Made by a program: the position numbers and the translations under genes. The notes below the pieces were generated by a model, which saw only the letters and a list, made by a program, of their open reading frames with translations, was not told the DNA's origin and did no database searches. From Escherichia coli (GTDB lineage Bacteria; Pseudomonadota; Gammaproteobacteria; Enterobacterales; Enterobacteriaceae), in assembly GCF_001677475.2 (NCBI RefSeq), contig NZ_CP015229.1: DNA of 64,000 bases; one strand, given 5' to 3'. Each line of letters starts with the position of its first letter. Position 1 is the first letter of the stretch. Below, piece by piece: positions 56,498 through 64,000 of this stretch.

Positions 56498-57763
56498 TTA
56501 CTTCAACATAAAGTCATACTGAATACTCATTTTCACATCCCAGTAATTCAGGCGATCGCCCAGAGTACTGCCATCGCGCTTTTCCCGCCCTTTATCGGCA
56601 GCAAGAAAGAAATTCATCCCTTGTAACGGCCCTTCGCTGACCCGATAGTTCATACCACCTAAGATACCCGCGCCTTCAATCCGCACATCTCGTTTACTGG
56701 ATTCATAGCCGCGAGTCACAATCGGTGCAAATGTCAGCGTAAATTGCGGAGTTACACGGTAGTTAACGCCCAATTGCCAGGACTGCATTCCTTCACGGTT
56801 ACGATCAAGACTTAATGAAAAGGGATAGCCAATGTCGGTATCCACCACGGCACCATTCATTGCATGGCGCAAATAACCACCACTGCCAAATACGCTTCCC
56901 CACGGCGCATTCCAGGTCAATTGTCCACTAACCAACGCCGTTTCATTGGGCTGGCTGGTATTACGACTTAAACCTTCGAGCTGCGCGTAAAAGCCGAGCA
57001 ACTCCCCTTTCAACGTATAATTCGGGTCGAGCGGTATGCTTTTCTCAAGAATACTTTGTATCTGATTGGAAACATCTTTCTGTACCGATGCCCCCAGAGA
57101 ATAGCGACTGGTATTATCATGCCAACTGGCGGCTAAAAAAGAACGTGCGCGGTGTTTATCGTATTTTCCCGTCTGGCTGTTATACACCCCTTCATCACGA
57201 ATACCGGTTGTTGAATCGGTCCATAAAAATACTCGTGAACGCCACATTCCCCACAGATCAATATTTGGCGTTAAAGCCCAATAACCTAATGCTCCTTCAG
57301 AAACTGTCGGTAATGTACGTTGCGAACTGCCAGCCATTAACGGAATACGATAAGGTAAGCTACCATAACTATAATCCGTCCCGAAGCGACCTAATTTAAG
57401 TAGGCTATTTTCACTGGGTTTTATTTTTACTGCTCCCAGGGCAAAGCCAAAACTTTTATCACCATCAAGATACCACCGGGTACTCATATCAGCACGAGCA
57501 CCTAATTTATAAACATAATACGCCCCGCCTTCAACGCCAATAATATTGGAATAATAACCACTATTGAAATCGAGCAATCCTCCCTGTACCCATGCGTAAA
57601 TATCTCTTCCCGCGCCAGCACTGGGCTTATCAGCCCTGCGTAATTCATTTTTCAGTCTGATGCGCAGTCCCGCTTCATCGTCAGCCAGTTGCGCCGCGTA
57701 AGCAGAGGTAAGGCCAGAGGCAGCCGTCAGGCAAATAACGGCCATGGCCACTATTTTTCTCAT
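56498..57763 (-). CDS. uidC: Outer-membrane porin-like protein UidC
   Basis: 421-aa ORF with signal peptide, ends in aromatic residue pattern typical of OM beta-barrels. Confidence 0.85.
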   Translation of the reverse strand: MRKIVAMAVICLTAASGLTSAYAAQLADDEAGLRIRLKNELRRADKPSAGAGRDIYAWVQGGLLDFNSGYYSNIIGVEGGAYYVYKLGARADMSTRWYLDGDKSFGFALGAVKIKPSENSLLKLGRFGTDYSYGSLPYRIPLMAGSSQRTLPTVSEGALGYWALTPNIDLWGMWRSRVFLWTDSTTGIRDEGVYNSQTGKYDKHRARSFLAASWHDNTSRYSLGASVQKDVSNQIQSILEKSIPLDPNYTLKGELLGFYAQLEGLSRNTSQPNETALVSGQLTWNAPWGSVFGSGGYLRHAMNGAVVDTDIGYPFSLSLDRNREGMQSWQLGVNYRVTPQFTLTFAPIVTRGYESSKRDVRIEGAGILGGMNYRVSEGPLQGMNFFLAADKGREKRDGSTLGDRLNYWDVKMSIQYDFMLK

Positions 57764-57801
57764 AGTTGCACCTTTGATGTTCTGATTATTTTTATTGAAT
57801 A

Positions 57802-61034
<3,233 letters not shown>

Positions 61035-61203
61035 TTAACCAATTCTGTGTTGCACACAGTTATCTGTGAGAAACCCATGGAAGAGAAATGGAAATAAAAA
61101 GAACTGACACCGCGATCAAAAAACCAAAAACTGCAATACCCACAGCGTGATATAGATCGCATTAATCTTTCAAACAGCGTTGACAGAAGCCATAAAATAA
61201 GCA

Positions 61204-61219
61204 ATCGAACGTTCGTTCG
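61204..61219. promoter_or_regulatory. Candidate UidR operator in uidA promoter region
   Basis: TCGAACGTTCGTTCGA with perfect 10-bp palindrome CGAACGTTCG, between uidR and uidA. Confidence 0.3.
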
Positions 61220-61371
61220 AGCGTCTTGAGAACGATAAACTCTCATGACATATGGCTACGGTGAATATTTTTGGGGGAATTCTCCGATCCCGGGGAGATT
61301 GTATTTTGTACAGGGAAATTAAAGTATGAAACGCGGGCTCAGTTGTCACCAGCCCGCGGAAAGAGAGAGGA

Positions 61372-61962
61372 TCAGGATGCGGTTAAGATACCGCCAATCA
61401 TCGCGCGTAATCCCTGAGCAAACGACGCTTCACGCGCCAGATCTTCCGCTTCGATATCGGCCAGTACACCGTAGGTCAGATCCAGCAGTAAACGTGAAGT
61501 CATTGCCGTGTTGATGTCTGGGCTTATCTCGCCTTTTTGCTGGGCATCACGCATCCGCTGGGCAACAAATTCCGTGATCGTCATATGCTTATTTTTAAGC
61601 ATGGCGGCGACCTGTGGGTTACGCATCCCTTCCGCCATAATTTCGACCACCAACGCCCGTTGTCCAAAGGCTTCATGGGTGAGAGAGACAATAGACTCGA
61701 CCATATAGTCAACGAAATGAATCCCTTCAATCGGTTCCCGGAAACGGGCCAGCGCCCTCTCCTGGTCCTGTAAGATAATCGCCTGAATCAGGGCTTCTTT
61801 GGAGATGAAATGGTGATAGAGCGTCCCGGGACTAATGGCGCAAGATTTACAGATGGCTTTCATCGAGGCACTGTGAAATCCATTTTCTGAAAAAATCTCT
61901 CTGGCAGCATTGAGGATCCGGGTCCGTGTCGGTTGTGCTTCAGTCTGCATGTTATCCATCAT
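61372..61962 (-). CDS. uidR: TetR-family repressor UidR
   Basis: 196-aa ORF with N-terminal TetR HTH (RTRILNAAREIFSENGFHSASMKAICKSCAISPGTLYHHF). Confidence 0.9.
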   Translation of the reverse strand: MMDNMQTEAQPTRTRILNAAREIFSENGFHSASMKAICKSCAISPGTLYHHFISKEALIQAIILQDQERALARFREPIEGIHFVDYMVESIVSLTHEAFGQRALVVEIMAEGMRNPQVAAMLKNKHMTITEFVAQRMRDAQQKGEISPDINTAMTSRLLLDLTYGVLADIEAEDLAREASFAQGLRAMIGGILTAS

Positions 61963-62190
61963 AAAACCATTATAGTTAGCGTGAATAACTAGTTTACCGC
62001 GTTGTCAGGTGAGCGCCTATCATTGCTGTTGAATAGTGCGAAGGCACACTCTATTCGTATACTTTTCACCCAGCAATTGGTTAACCAATAGCCGTGATTT
62101 GGCTGCCAGTTGTTTCGCAGAGACGTTGATGAATTGCACACGCTATCCCGGTAAACAACACATACGGCTGTTTACCGGTTCGTTAGTGTA

Positions 62191-62958
62191 TTAATTCAGC
62201 TCCTGTACCCCACCACCGGAGACGGTGAGAATTTGTCCGCTTACCCAGCTGGCTGCAGGCGAGCAAAGGAACAGCGCCGCGTTAGCAATATCTTGCGGTT
62301 GGCCCAGACGTCTGATCGGCGTGTGCTGTAACATTTTTTGTTCAATTTCTGGTGTAATAACGGATTTCAAGGCATCGGTTAATATTGCCCCCGGCGCAAT
62401 GCCATTCACCCGAATATTTTTTTCACCCAGGTCAAACGCCATATTTCTGACCAGATGACTGGCCGCAGCTTTAGATGATGCATAAGAAGTCATGTTTATA
62501 TTTTTATTTTCTGCCGCCATAGAAGTGATGGTCAGAATAACGCCACCGCCATTTTTTTCCATTTCTGGCGCAACAAGTTGTGACAGATGGAAAAAAGAAA
62601 ACACATTCAGTTCATAAGCACGGCGAAAATCTGCCATTGGCATATCAAACGGTTTAGGACCACCGCCACCGGCGTTGTTAACCAGGATATCAACTTTACC
62701 CAGCTTACTGACGGCAAAGTCTGCCAGTGCAGAGAGTTCCTGTTCGGAAGTAATATCACAACGGCAGGCAAATGCCTGACCACCCAGTTGTTGAATTTCA
62801 TCTACAACATGGTTAGCTGCGTCGGCGTTAATATCACTGACCACCACAGATGCGCCAGCTGTCGCGAATGTAATGGCAATTTCTTTACCAATACCTGCAC
62901 CGGCACCTGTGATGATGGCACATTTTCCGTCGAGTCTCAGGTTGTCAGAATTAAACAC
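62191..62958 (-). CDS. hdhA: 7-alpha-hydroxysteroid dehydrogenase (SDR)
   Basis: 255-aa ORF with TGAGAGIG Rossmann motif and YxxxK. Confidence 0.9.
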   Translation of the reverse strand: MFNSDNLRLDGKCAIITGAGAGIGKEIAITFATAGASVVVSDINADAANHVVDEIQQLGGQAFACRCDITSEQELSALADFAVSKLGKVDILVNNAGGGGPKPFDMPMADFRRAYELNVFSFFHLSQLVAPEMEKNGGGVILTITSMAAENKNINMTSYASSKAAASHLVRNMAFDLGEKNIRVNGIAPGAILTDALKSVITPEIEQKMLQHTPIRRLGQPQDIANAALFLCSPAASWVSGQILTVSGGGVQELN

Positions 62959-63069
62959 ATAAACCTCCTGTGAACTTCAGTAAAAATAAAAGGCACCGCC
63001 TGTGTGCCACATTTTTTATCATTAACCTTGAGGAAAGGACACTACCAGGTATAGCAGATAAAGAGAGGA

Positions 63070-64000
<931 letters not shown>

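Overview
The window has two parts. (1) Positions 1 to ~26,700 are the early and late-regulatory portion of a mosaic lambdoid prophage, transcribed mostly leftward on the minus strand, which continues beyond the window start. Read from the left it holds a phage-21-type lysis pair (SAR endolysin, pinholin), a NanS-p-like esterase, a TerB-family protein, three tRNAs (Ile-CAU, Arg-UCG, Arg-UCU), an AT-rich two-gene island, Q, a nin-like region (RusA, NinB, two antirepressors, a small methyltransferase), DnaC-like and O-like replication genes, cII, cro, cI, an N-like antiterminator, a ~4.3 kb accessory block, lambda-like gam-bet-exo, xis and a tyrosine integrase. The prophage ends at a junction inside ynfG, leaving a 5'-truncated ynfG fragment. 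(2) Positions ~26,700 to 64,000 are ordinary E. coli core chromosome: ynfH-dmsD-clcB-ynfK-mlc-ynfL-ynfM-asr-ydgU-ydgD-mdtIJ-tqsA-pntBA-ydgH-ydgI-folM-ydgC-rstAB-Ter site-tus-fumC-[IS]-fumA-manA-ydgA-uidCBA-uidR-hdhA-malI(partial). The only non-core element there is a 1,440-bp IS3-family element sitting in the loop of the fumA terminator hairpin. No CRISPR array, rRNA or Shiga-toxin genes were seen. The best candidates for an undescribed system are the accessory block between N and gam (18,876-23,179, including a 689-aa highly acidic protein) and the AT-rich two-gene island between Q and the tRNAs (4,970-5,990). All calls rest on reading the sequence and recalled protein families; no database search was run.
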